64,000 nt of DNA from Octopus vulgaris (taxonomy: Eukaryota). Below the pieces are notes generated by a model. The model was not told the origin of the DNA, did not search any database, and saw only the letters and a program-made list of their open reading frames with translations. Every line of letters begins with the position of its first letter. Position 1 is the stretch's first letter. Made by a program: the position numbers and the translations under genes. Positions 1-14,300 of the stretch are shown here, piece by piece. The stretch spans positions 57,164,001-57,228,000 of the forward strand of contig OX597819.1 in NCBI GenBank assembly GCA_951406725.2. Reading direction: 5' to 3'.

Positions 1-120
1 TCTGCTACCAGCTGCGGTAGACGTCCGCCAAGAAATATTTTAACAAGTTTGGCATATGAAGATAAAGCTCGAGGGCAGACCATCCGGCCTCGGAGACTTA
101 TTTGACCTCACTGGAACGTA
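1..120 (-). mobile_element. L1/Tx1-like LINE ORF2 fragment (start of RT region), frameshifted, runs off the window edge
   Basis: Minus strand reads NKSPRPDGLP / (frameshift) ELYLHMPNLLKYFLADVYRSW*Q, matching the KSPGPDGLPxExY motif that precedes L1/Tx1-type RT domains. Confidence 0.6.
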
Positions 121-877
121 GTTTGATGTTTGTGTGATTGCTTTTTGCTGTTTGGAGTGTTTTCTTTTGGTCAGTTTCTGGTCAGTTGTAGTGTTGGTGG
201 TGCAGTTTGTGATAGCGGTGCTGGAGGGGTTGGTGATGCTGTAGGTGTGTCTGTGGCAGTTGTGGTTGTATCTTGTGTGCTGCTTGATGCGTGTATTGAT
301 GTAGGACAATGTATATTTGTGATTCGTTTTCATTTGGGGGGGGCTTCATTTTCGCTTCTGGTGTTTCTGTTACTGGTGTTGTTGGTATTGTTCATGTGGC
401 TGATGTTGCTGAGGTTACTGGTGATGTTGCTGTGGGGCTGGTGTTGCTGCTGTGACTCATGTCTTCTTATTCCTCTTATTCTTCTTATTCTTCTTCTCCT
501 TCTTTTTCTTTTCTTCTTCTACTTTTCTTCTTCTTCTTCTTCCAATTAGGACTCACGCCATTAGCCACAAAGAATAATCTCTAATTCGAGCCTACACTAA
601 GCTGCTAAGAATGCGTGTGGCAACTTGAAGATCCATCCACCACACGCGATAGACTGGCGGTGGCACGGTCCCAAAAGCTAATTCTTATCCTCATTCAGTA
701 AACGGTGGCTTTTAACGGGTGGAGAGCTAAACCATCCTGGGGTACAGATGATTCGCAATCTAGACTAGGGTCTGAAAGTTTACCACACCATAGTGGGTTA
801 CAACAAGCTTCATCTGTGGAAGAAGTAGGGCGGAAGAGTGAGAGAAGTTGTGGGGAAAGAATACAGCGGGGTTCAGC

Positions 878-1045
878 TTGACAATAGATGCTGGGGTGTC
901 ACCGCGACTTAGTGGTTCGGCAAAAAACCCAATAGAATAAGTATTACGCTTTCAAAGAATAAGTCCTAGGGTCGACTTCTTCGACTAAAGGTGGTACTCC
1001 AACATGCCCGCTTTCAAATGACTGAAACAATTAAAAGAGTAAAAG

Positions 1046-1047
<2 letters not shown>
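878..1047 (+). mobile_element. SINE family A, 3' half
   Basis: Diverged match to the tail of the full copies at 6472, 28517 and 60616; ends in GACTGAAAC..AAAAGAGTAAAAG next to (TA)n. Confidence 0.85.
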
Positions 1048-1110
<63 letters not shown>

Positions 1111-1466
1111 AAGTATAAGGTGTATTACGAGGTTTTACAGAACACATTACTCTACAAAATCAACAAAAGATTAAAGATGTAGTAGTGATGTAAAATGTGT
1201 GATAACATTTTAAGACGTTTTAACATTTTCACTTCTCCATCTTTTATTCTTTGTTGAGTTGATATATGTCTGCATTCTATATATGCTCATAATAATCCTT
1301 ATCCTTGTTTGATTTTCATATCTTTAATAAAAAATACTTGCAATAGCAAGCTACAAATTTAATAAGAATTTTTATTAGTAATCTAACTTTGGACTCACTA
1401 AAGTAAAACTGTTCTAACTGATATACATACATACATACATACATACATACATACATACACACACAT

Positions 1467-1497
<31 letters not shown>

Positions 1498-1730
1498 CAT
1501 ATATATAATGTATGTATGTATATATATAAATAAACAGATATATACATATACATATATATATATACACACATATACATATATACACACTCATATATGCATA
1601 TGTATATGCATATATATACATATATATACACACATATATGCATATGTATATACATATATATATACATATATGTATACGCATATATTGAAATATGTATGCA
1701 TATATATATGCATACATATGTATATTCATG

Positions 1731-1775
<45 letters not shown>

Positions 1776-2722
1776 ATATATACATGTATACATATATATA
1801 TATATATACATATATATTCATGTATATATACATATATATATATACATACATACATACATATATATATATGTGCATGTGAATATATATATATATATACAAC
1901 CAATCTTCGTTCACAGGCATGTATTCTAATCAAGGCAATAATTCTTAATTACTACTGCTGCAAACATCTACCACTCTTTTATTCCCCAAACTTTTGTTAC
2001 AAGAAACTAAAGTAAAGAGATTTATGTAGAGCTCATAACAAGAATGGCCGTAAATACAGTCCGTTAATTAGTGAAAAATGCTTGACATATGCAGACATTA
2101 AACTATGCATATGAACATTGTAATTGTTCATTTAACTTTAATTCAAATTCCCAATAAATTATTTTAATAGTCATGCTTATTTACTGTCAATTAGTGTGTA
2201 TTCATAGAAGAATAATAATATCTTCTGTTTACCTTCTTAATATAGTCTTACTTATTTTCTTTCAGTCGCTGTCATTTCAACACTCGGAATTAGCTGTTGA
2301 TTTATTTCAATGTAGACCAAGAAAATATTTTCTCTAGAATAAAAAAAAAAAAACAGTAAAAGGATGTATTCCATTTTCTGCACAATATAACTTTCATAAT
2401 ACTCAATCTTTCACCGGAAATTAACGATAGTAACCACTGTTCAATACTACATTGCTTGTTTTTAGCAAATCGAACTTGAACGGATTCCAATGAATGTAGA
2501 ATTTTTTTAGGTTTTGTTTATTTATTAATTCATTTATTTATTTATTTTTGCTTCTTTGAATACACACTTTTTTTTATAATATACACTCTCACACACTCAT
2601 TCTTTTTCTTCTATTTCTCCGTTTTTTCACACTCTTATCCCTATCACTTGCACTTTCTCAATTTGTCTATTGCGTCTTCTAATTCTCTTTCCACATATCT
2701 TTATAAATACAAGCTTAATAAA

Positions 2723-3226
2723 CAACACAATACAACTTGATTTGCACTTTAAGAATGCCAGGAAGAGAAATGTTAGAAATCCAGTACTGGTTATCGTGGG
2801 AAACAACGTGAGCATTACCATAAAAACAAACACATATAGTCGTCTTCCTTTTCTGTATCTATTTATCGAGAAACGACTCTCACACGCACATGCACTAACA
2901 CAATTCTACACGGTACACAGACATAGAATGATGGTAAGTCTACCGCTGATATGAGCAGAGAACGGTAGTATTCTCATGTATTTGTATTATTAATACACCT
3001 CCCATACATACCAATTAGTAACTTTCACAGAATGTATCACACACACACACACACACACACAACTGACAGTGGTGTTATAACATCTTCAGCGCAGACAAAC
3101 TGCTTTTACTGGTTCAAATATCTCTCACATAATTTTCAAGTTTTCTTAGGTTTGCTTATTTTCTCTAATTGTTTCACGCGCCTGCTCAAATATGTACTCC
3201 ATCCTGGCGGCCAATATTCACTATCA
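2723..3226 (+). repeat. ~500-bp local duplication, copy 1 (copy 2 at 6973-7472)
   Basis: Direct alignment from CAACACAATACAAC to GGCGGCCAATATTCACTATCA with scattered substitutions and small indels. Confidence 0.95.
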
Positions 3227-3844
3227 GGAAAAAAAAAAAACAAAACAACACAATAAAAATTCACTGATATCAGAGAAAAGAAGCAATGCTCCTAGAGAGT
3301 TCATGGCTGCTTTACTTAGAGTTGAAGAGAAATAATGGGTCCGAAATGGATCCATAAGTTAACAGAGAATACTAAGATCTGTAGTGGTGCTTCAGAAGCT
3401 TTTTTTGTTTTAGACGAGAATATTTTAACGATGACATATTTTGACAACAAAAATAAAAAACAAACAAACAAACAATTATTGGCAAAATTATTTCTTAAAC
3501 ATATTAAATATGGCACTCAGCTTGCTTATTTAGCGCCACTTTCTGGTCTACTTATACGTATTGGCGGACAGAAGCACATATACACATAGAGGCACACACA
3601 TACACATACTCACACTTAGACACACGCATTATATACTATAGAAATATATATGTATTACATATATATATATATATATATATATACATTGTAATATATGCAT
3701 ATTGTGGTATATTTTTGTTTGTGTACATATAAACATATATAAATGTATGTAATATGTATTTAATACAAATCTATATATGCTTGTGTATGTGTGTGGGTAT
3801 GTGAGTGTGTGTATACACAACGGGAAAGACAGGGTCACTGAACT

Positions 3845-4202
<358 letters not shown>

Positions 4203-4255
4203 ACATATATATGTATTTATATATATACATATATACATACATATATACATATACG

Positions 4256-4289
<34 letters not shown>

Positions 4290-5045
4290 GAGAGATAGAG
4301 AGAGAGGGAGAGAGAGAGAGAGCGGGAGTAAGAACGAAATAGAATTTCATGTAATGCATTACTACTTCACTTTTTACCACATTATATATACACACATATA
4401 CGTATACGTATTTTCATATAAGCATACACATACAGACACGCACGCGATACCACACACGCACATGCAGACAAGCAGACACTCACACACATACGTATTTATA
4501 TAAATCACAAATCTACATACATATTGATAACACAAACTGTGTCGATATGGATGCTATGTATCCATTTATAGAAAGAAAACATTTCCATTTTGTGAACTCG
4601 TTCTGATATGAATGTCTTTTTTTTCTTTAAATATTTTCTCAATTAATTTAAGAACATATGTGACCAAAATAAATTTTAATATTTTTGCATGTTCCAGCGA
4701 ATCAGAATTTGATTTCTGAATGATTAATTGTATTGAATTCTTTCGGGATTGAGAGAAGATATTTCAATATTATTCGTCACGAAAGGATTAGCGTCTTAAA
4801 TTGTGAAATTTTGGTGCATCCTGGTGATTTGTGGGAGGAACTAAATGAACCATGCATGTATGCTTGTCGAATTACCATTTTACGTTGCATGTTCTACTTC
4901 TTTGCCGCTGCTATTTATTTATTACTTGTATTTTTTAAAAATACACACACATATCTTATACATTCATATATATATATAGAGAGAGATAGACAGATATGTG
5001 TTATACATACATGTATACATATGCATATATGTTATACATATATAT

Positions 5046-5126
5046 AATAGCACCACCCAGGTGGTGCTATTAAGTTAGACATGGCCTGGGCCAATAATGG
5101 CCGAAACCTATCAAAGTATCAAAGTA
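5046..5126 (+). mobile_element. Extremely 5'-truncated LINE-type 3' tail with a short 5' inversion
   Basis: GGTGGTGC..CATGGCC..GGCC(AATAAT)GGCC-GAAAC then (TATCAAAG)2, same layout as the LINE tails at 11.6 and 48.5 kb; begins with the hairpin AATAGCACCAC-CCAG-GTGGTGCTATT. Confidence 0.5.
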
Positions 5127-5429
5127 TATATACATATACATATATATATACATATACATTCATATATATATATGTTATACACATATATATATATATATAT
5201 ACATATATTCATATATATACATATATATTCATATATATATATATATATGCATATATATTCATATACATGCATATATATTCATATATATACATATATATTC
5301 ATATATATATATATTCCTATATACATATATATATATATTAATTTGCTATGTATTGAGTACCTTATTTACTGTGGTTAACCCCGACTCAACCCGGGACCTA
5401 CATATATATATATATATATATATTCCTAT

Positions 5430-5487
<58 letters not shown>

Positions 5488-5752
5488 CAATTAAGGACAA
5501 CTACTTAATAAGGAAAACTTAACAAGAAATTGTCAGGTAGATAGCGTGAAAACCTCATAAGAGAATAAATTTCGAAAAATAATTATTTCTTATTGAACAT
5601 ATTAATTTATATATAGAGGGCATTATACATACATGCCAGAGGGCATTATACATACATGCCACACGCTAAGAGGGACAATTAGTCAATTTCTACCAAAAAT
5701 ATTACTAATCCCACCGAATGCAATTTTTCAAAGTAAGACATTTAAAAAATAT

Positions 5753-5800
5753 AGACCTGTATCACAGTGATTTCATACTTACGTATTCATCAGCAGGCCT
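5753..5800 (-). ncRNA. Type I hammerhead ribozyme (left-arm copy)
   Basis: Reverse complement of the motif at 5915-5962. Confidence 0.88.
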
Positions 5801-5914
5801 GAATGTATCATAAATAAACGACCCTGCCCCGCTTAAGTCGATCAGCTAACTGATCAGCATCAACGAAGCACATGGGTGAGTTTACACCCAGGGTCGTTTA
5901 TTTATGATACATTC

Positions 5915-5962
5915 AGGCCTGCTGATGAATACGTAAGTATGAAATCACTGTGATACAGGTCT
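5915..5962 (+). ncRNA. Type I hammerhead ribozyme, canonical core
   Basis: AGGCCTG-CTGATGA-ATAC(GTAA)GTAT-GAA-ATCA(CTG)TGAT-A-CAGGTCT: 7-bp stem I (one G-U), CUGAUGA, 4-bp stem II with GNRA loop, 4-bp stem III, AUA cleavage triplet after 5955. Confidence 0.9.
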
Positions 5963-6095
5963 ATATTTTTAAATGTCTTACTTTGAAAAATTGCATTCGG
6001 TGGGATTAGTAATATTTTTGGTAGAAATTGACTAATTGTCCCTCTTAGCGTGTGGCATGTATGTATAATGCCCTCTGGCATGTATGTATAATGCC

Positions 6096-6133
<38 letters not shown>

Positions 6134-6212
6134 TAAATATTAGGGAATAAATCCAAATTTACAGGGAAAAAAATCAGATTTAGGATTAAATCCAATTTTA
6201 TATTAAAATATT

Positions 6213-6857
<645 letters not shown>

Positions 6858-6972
6858 TATATATATACATACATATGTATATATATATATACATATTTAC
6901 ACATATTTGTTGGATGAGCGTTGACTATTCATGAGTTCCACCGCAGTGTGACGGGTATTATTTTTTGCCCTG

Positions 6973-7472
6973 CAACACAATACAACCTGATTTGCACTTT
7001 AAGAGTGCCAGGAAGAGGAATGTTAGAAATCCAGTACTGGTTATCGTGGGAAACAACGTGAGCATTACCATAAAAACAAACACATATAGTCATCTTCCTT
7101 TTGTGTATCTATTTATCGAGAAACGACTCTCACACGCACATACACTAACACAATTCTACACGGTACACAGACATAGAATGATGGTAAGTCTACCGCTGAT
7201 ATGAGCAGAGAACGGTAGTATTCTCATGTATTTGTATTATCAATACACCTCACATGCATACCAATTATTAACACACACGCACACACACACACACACAACT
7301 GACTCTGGTGTTATAACATCTTCAGCGCAGACAAACTGCTTTGTAAAACTTTTACTAGTTCAAATATCTCTCACATAGTCTTCAAGATGTCTTAAGTTTG
7401 TTTATTTCCTCTAATTGTTTCACGCGCCTGCTCAAATATGTACTCCATCCTGGCGGCCAATATTCACTATCA
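6973..7472 (+). repeat. ~500-bp local duplication, copy 2
   Basis: Aligns to 2723-3226. Confidence 0.95.
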
Positions 7473-7654
7473 TTGATATAATTTCTACAGTCCCTTTTGT
7501 ATGTAAACATATACACATTCCTTGCATTGCATGTATTTAATATACTTTCTATATTGACCCGCTGAATTCGAACTCACTTGTCCTTATACTTACTTCTTTA
7601 CCCGCTCAAGTTGAAAACTGTATGAACTGTATATATATATATATATATATATAT

Positions 7655-7772
7655 TGGCCTGCTCGCTTAGCCAGCGGGGTGGCGTCATTCGAAGGCTAAA
7701 ACAATGCGAACGCATTGTGACCAGCGATGTGTAACAGCATCTGATGGTCTGGTCGGTCACGTGATCACGTGA
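7655..7772 (+). mobile_element. Probable retroposon 3' fragment ending in (CACGTGAT)2
   Basis: GC-richer 118-bp island between two (TA)n arrays with a short tandem-repeat terminus typical of LINE/SINE tails; single copy in window. Confidence 0.4.
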
Positions 7773-7843
<71 letters not shown>

Positions 7844-7999
7844 GGGTGTGTGTGGGGTGGGGGTGTATGTGTCTGTGTTTGTCCCCTAACATCGCTTGAT
7901 AACCGATGCTGGTGTGTTTACGTCCAACAATCACTCTGCTCACCAGTTTAGTCGCCGACAACCCGACCATGCAATAGGCTGTACTGGATTATGTGTTAC

Positions 8000-10800
8000 C
8001 AAAAGCATCCAAGAGTGACCTGACATAATCCTCTGCCGTAGAAAATGGAGTAAAAGCCAAGGACATATACATAGCATATAACGACACAATATTGGCTCTT
8101 TACAAATAATTTGTCTTACCATCCCCGTTGTATTCCTCTGAAAAATGAACGTGTTAAGAAAGATATCTCAAATAGTTAAAACGATCCAACGGAAAATGCG
8201 CATATTGAACATTTCTTTATTTTTATTCCAAACACAGATGTCTTTGCGTCTACGGGCATCACTGTAGACGCAATGCTCCTGAAATATGAAATAGGATTTT
8301 AAATCCCGGAAAATCCCACCAGCAAATAGGATATTAGAAAATGTTGAAGACGACCTATGGAATCTAATAAGAAATATTAAGTTTTTAATAAGTGTTCTAA
8401 GTAATAATTACCTACGTTATTTGAAGCACAAAGTGAATGAACTCAAAAAAGTTAAAAGGTATAATCGTACAGTACGATAAAACAGGAAGTCTATATAATG
8501 TAGATGTAGATTTATACTATAATCTCCTACACAAAGAAATTACAAGGAAATATAGGACTATAAATAAAGATGTTCTAAAACCTATTAACATTAAAGCCAA
8601 GCAAATATTGAGTGAATACCGAATCGACAGCGTAACTGAAGTGTATGAATCATCTAGGCCTACAATTAGCCTGAAAGATCACAAACCTAATTTTCGTACT
8701 GACGAAAATGTAAGGCCCCTGAAAATCTGACATTGGAAAACTAAGCATATTTATCTTAGATAAATACCTACATTTATTGAAATCCAAGATAAACCTCAAC
8801 CTGTGGTGAAAAACACTGGCTACAATTACCTGGTTCACCAATATACGGGGTAAGAAAAAATGTAAATTCATTCAATTCAACATAGACAACTCTTACTAAT
8901 CTATCAACCCTATATCATTTAATAATGCACTTATCTTCGCCAAGAATAAGACTAAATTATCAAGGAAAGAAATTAAAATCATACTTGAAGCTGGACAAAT
9001 TATAATTTCCAGGTAAATATTGGACAAGGAAGGATACACCAGACTGTTTCGATGTGCCCATGGGCGCGTAAGACTCCGCCGAAGTCGCCGATTTAGGCGG
9101 AATTTACCTTCTACACCTACTTAAAGAAGAAATTTACCTGAATTGGAAGGTAGTCTTTAGCGCGACAACGCACTATTCTTAGTGAGAAATACCTTCAACA
9201 GGAAACTTGAACTCTACAAATCTAGACTGCACAATTCCTTCAGAACCCAACGACTATCAATCACTATTTAACAAAATACCTCTGTGAACGTCCTAGATGT
9301 TAACTTTAACCTTAATACTTCCTCATATCAATGTTACCACAAACCTAACAACAATATCACATACATAAACGCCCAAAGTAACCATCCTTATAACATTATA
9401 AAACATCTGACCTCTAACATAGAAAGAAGAATTAATTTATTATCATCTAAGGAAGAAAGTTTTAATAAACATAAAGACTACTATAATCTAGCTCTTAAGA
9501 AGGCAGGATACAATTATGAAATCAAGTACAATAAAAACAACAGCACCAATGCTAATACTACCAAATGTTATCTCGATATGAACAACACAGACTATTAATG
9601 AACCTAAGTCAACTGGTGATTTAGTACACTCCCACAAACAAACAAAAACTCTCAATAATAGTCATCAACACAACATTAGCAATAAACATAAATCCTACAA
9701 CACCAATAAACATACTTATAAACTTAATCAATACGAGCACCATAACCAACATCTTACTAAAATAAAAAATAAAAACTAATTTCAACAATTCATTATTCAT
9801 AATGTAATAAAAACCCAAAATACTGACAATGAACACGTAAATGAATTAATTATACTTAGAAATAAGAACACTAAACCAATAAACATTAAAAAAATGAAAA
9901 TTATCGTAGTTCATCTAATCCTTTCAATAATACACTCAACCACAGAAATCATATTGATATAGATAGAAATATTATAAGAAACAAAGAAACCAATACCACG
10001 TGTAAGAATAGATGACCCCAAGATATAACCCACTACGATAATAAAGAAAACAACAATAACACTATTTTGATCATAATACCTTTTGCCAAACATCTAACAT
10101 CCAATTTTATTAAGATCCTTTAGAAATTATATTAATAAAATCTTCAAAACCTGTAAATATGCAAAACTATTTAATAACAAAAAAATTTTGATTTTGATTT
10201 TTCATTCTCTCCAAAACTTTTTAGGATTATCGCTTCCTTTAATAATAAGAAACTGGACCAATTCTATAATAAAAATCATCATCTAATATACCTTCATACT
10301 TTAATAATTCTGTAACTAACAACTACTATTATCATAATAGCCAAAACCCTATTACTCGTAATACATATAGACATAAGAACGTAGTATCACCTAATAATTT
10401 AAATTGTAACTGTAGAGACCAAAATACTTGTGAATTAGATGGAAATTGCAAAATGAAAGAAGTAGTATACCAAGCAACTATTATTACTCATTATTACTCT
10501 AAATATACAAACATCGGTTGTACGAGGAATTCTATAAAATTAAGAATAAATAATCATAGATCTCCTTTAATGACCCTAGAAAAGAGAATAGCACAGGTCT
10601 ATCTAAAAAAATTGGCAACTCAAAAGAAACAATATAGATGAATCAGTATCTTGGAAAATCCTACCTTCAGCCCCATAATATAGATATAATAATAACATTT
10701 GCTGATTATTCCTGGAAGAAAGTTATAAAATAACTTGTTAATTCTAGAGATGACAATGTTTTTCCATATAAACACATGTCAAAATTCCTTTTTATTAATC
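8000..10800 (+). mobile_element. Decayed Penelope-like element (RT + C-terminal GIY-YIG), different lineage from the 21-26 kb PLE
   Basis: Ordered motifs across stops and frameshifts: YDKT..ISLKDHKPNF, IQFNIDNSY, FDVPMGA*DSAEVADL, L*RDNAL (YRDD remnant ~9155-9175), NVLDVNFNL..YHKPNN..YINAQSNHP, CNCR..CELDGNC..VVYQA..TNIGCT..KLRINNH, NSRDD..KH. Confidence 0.88.
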
Positions 10801-11324
10801 CTATATGATATTTCTCCCACCCAACTTTATTGAAATATCATTTCCCTTTTCTTTTTAATATCTCTATTTTTTAAAATATCTCTCTATATTTTAACCCTTT
10901 CTATGATATAAGATTTATTAATCATCAAATACTCTGCACACCTATTCATCTTATATCATATGGATGTATTTATTATTTAACCATCCCCTCTTATAATTAT
11001 ATGACCTACCTCATATTGGTCTCATATCTTCTCAAAATTTCCATACATCTCCCTTTCTTTCTCTCTATATATTCTTACATCTTCCTTTAGTATATAATAT
11101 ACCTTTCTTTTTGGTAATTTATTTCATTTACATAATATGTACTTAACCCCTCCCTCTTACCTTTTCCAATTATTATTGTTTAATATTACTTGGGCAGAAT
11201 ATATATTTCCTGTAGCGCATCTGGTATACCAAAAGAGAACAATGTACGTGATAACACTTCCAATCAATTAAGAAATTAAGATCAGAAGCCATGAGAGCCA
11301 GTCTGGTACTGCATCAGGGCATTT

Positions 11325-11326
11325 AT

Positions 11327-11391
<65 letters not shown>

Positions 11392-11408
11392 TTACTATTA
11401 CTACTATT
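11325..11408 (+). repeat. (TAC)n microsatellite
   Basis: Direct reading. Confidence 0.95.
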
Positions 11409-11499
11409 GTGTGTTTACTAACTATATAGATTATCACCCATTAATATTCTCCAAAAACCGGTGCATAGATATGTATGTCCCACACTTAAACACACACAG

Positions 11500-11532
<33 letters not shown>

Positions 11533-11567
11533 TATATATGTATATATATATACATATGTACATGCAT

Positions 11568-11599
<32 letters not shown>

Positions 11600-11614
11600 G
11601 TACATATATACATA

Positions 11615-11900
11615 TAAATCCTTAAATCCTTAAAAATGTTTTAGCCCGAAGGCCGCGGCCATTCTGGGGCACCACCGCTGAATGAGCTATACTAATATGT
11701 GAATCCACCTCTGATACATGGCACTTGATCAACAAGGGAGTTCGATGATACTGCCCTCATCTGCGTCTCTTGTCGTGAGGTAGGTTCATCTGGGACTCCT
11801 GACAAGAAGAGATCCAGTTTAGTTTTAAAGAAACACACATCCACACCATGTAAGTCTCTCAGGCATTTAGGGAAGATGTTAAAGAGCTGTGGTCCTCTGA
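11615..11900 (-). mobile_element. CR1/L2-group LINE 3' end
   Basis: [46 protein letters not shown], then 3' UTR GGTGGTGCCCCAGAATGGCCGCGGCCTTCGGGCTAAAAC and (TTTAAGGA)2; homologous to 48250-48530. Clade call is by motif recall. Confidence 0.8.
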
Positions 11901-12204
11901 TACATATATACATATATATCATATACATATACATATATAATATATATATGCACATATACTTATATATATACACATGTATATATACACACATGTATATATA
12001 CATATACATATACATATATGCATATATACATACATGTATATATACATATATACATATATATATATACAGATATACGTACATATATACATATATGTATATA
12101 TAAATATATTACATGTATATATAGGCATACATGTATATATACATATATACATATACATACATGTATACACATATTCATTTATATATATATACTTACATAT
12201 ATAC

Positions 12205-12315
<111 letters not shown>

Positions 12316-12354
12316 TATATATACACATGTATATTTATACATATTTCTCTATCC

Positions 12355-12520
12355 AGTAATTTTTCTCAATGTCTATTGCAGTTCATTAGAGCATAAAATA
12401 TATTTAGACCGTGAATAGGGAATGGAAAGGAATGTATTATATATATATATATATCATAATAATAATAATGAATGAAGTGCAGGACATCACCAATGAGTTA
12501 CGTAAACACTTAACACAATA
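12355..12520 (+). repeat. Old local duplication, copy 1 (copy 2 at ~13745-14108)
   Basis: Two shared blocks in the same order (CAATGTCTATTG.AGTTCA..TATATTTAGA; AGTGCAGGACATCACCAA..TTACGTAAACAC), separated by microsatellites of different length. Confidence 0.7.
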
Positions 12521-12969
12521 CATTTATATATATATATATATATATATATACATACATATATATATAAATATATAAATACTTATATATATTATATATAAAT
12601 ATATATTATATATACATGCAAGCACATATATATGTATATACATACATTGATACGAGTACGTATGATGCATCATTTAATATTATCTCATAATATACTTGTA
12701 ATCTTTCGGCCGTCTTTACAATGAACTTTAGTATTTTCATGTGGTCTGTGAGGAAATTTTGTAATTCTCTTGCTCGACTAATGAGTCATTTCCCGTCACA
12801 TAACACGTACACTATCTTTAACCATACTCTATTAATTTTCAGCTCCATATTATCTGCAAGCTTCTATCATGCGAATTTTGAACTATAATCGTTTAGTGTC
12901 AATACCAATCTATCCTCTCAACACTGGTTTTGAAGGTCAGTAATGAGTCGACAGTTATTATATATATAT

Positions 12970-13175
12970 AGTTACTCCAAACATGAACAAAGAGAAAGCA
13001 CAACAACGGGAGGACGTGGATCAAGTATAGTGTTATTGGACGCTCAGGAAAGGAAAGAAAGTAGGAGGATTTAACGTTTCCAGCGGAGCTCTTCACCAGA
13101 AATATAGAAAATGGAAAGGTCCAATTTAAGGAAGAAGGAGAAAGAAAATCGCCAATGGTGCACACGTGGTAACAC
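12970..13175 (-). mobile_element. Solo PLE terminal-repeat fragment (family 2) with degenerate hammerhead at 13069-13103
   Basis: Reverse complement aligns to 3845-4055; core reads CTGGTGA-A-GAGC(TCC)GCTG-GAAACGTT. Confidence 0.75.
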
Positions 13176-13202
13176 ATGTATATACATATATGTGTGCATA
13201 TG

Positions 13203-13316
<114 letters not shown>

Positions 13317-13824
13317 CATATACACATATATATATATACACTGTAGAGGTAGACATAAATAGATAGTTAGATAGATAGACACACACAAACACAGATAGAT
13401 AGATAGATAGATAGATAGGTAGATAAATGCATGCATACATATATAAATACATACGTACGTACACAATCAACTCATGGTTATTTTGTTAAATTCATCGAAA
13501 AATCTTATGACATTTCAGCTTATCTGTGAAATTACATTCACAGCCAATTTATACATCATAGTAATCCAGATGTCCCAATTTTAGCTCCGTAGAATTGCAT
13601 AAATGAGAAAACAAATATATAAAACGAAATACAGTTTTCTCTTATTTTTATTCTTTTTCACTATTACTTTTTCAAAAAGAAAAAAACATTCGTTTTCGCA
13701 ACTCACATAATTATTGCAAATGAGTTATTTTTTTATTCCTTAATTTTTGCCAATGTCTATTGTAGTTCACTGGTGTATACAATATATTTAGATCTAGAAT
13801 ACGGAGTATAGAGGAGATTACGTA

Positions 13825-13825
13825 T

Positions 13826-13892
<67 letters not shown>

Positions 13893-13950
13893 CCTATCTA
13901 TCTATCTACCTATCTCTCTCTATCTATCTATCTATCTAACTATCTATCTG
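13825..13950 (+). repeat. (TCTA)n microsatellite
   Basis: Direct reading. Confidence 0.95.
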
Positions 13951-13980
13951 CCTGTCATTATCTCTCTCCCCATCTCCGTA

Positions 13981-14056
<76 letters not shown>

Positions 14057-14191
14057 TAAAATACATGTAGTGCAGGACATCACCAAGACTTACGTAAACA
14101 CGTAACAAAAGAGATCTAACCCCTCCTCATTTGTCGACTTTTTATTGCTCCCTAATATGTGTGTGTGTCTTTGTGTGTGTGTGTTGTGCGT

Positions 14192-14300
14192 GTGGAGGTG
14201 CGTGGCTTAGTGGATGTGTGGTAAGTAGCTTGCTTACCAACCACCAGGTTCTGGGTTCAGTCCCACTGCATGGCACATTGGGCAAGTGTCATCTACCACT
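14192..14300 (+). mobile_element. SINE family A head fragment, preceded by a family C-like start
   Basis: TGTGTGGTAAGTAGCTTGCTTACCAACCAC..GGTTCAGTCCCACTGC..GGGCAAGTGTC. Confidence 0.8.

Larger units (their letters stand above)
5608..6105. repeat. Fold-back element: ~220-bp near-perfect inverted arms, 62-bp spacer, one hammerhead per arm
   Basis: 5608-5826 is the reverse complement of 5889-6105; the outer ends run into TA repeats. Confidence 0.95.
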
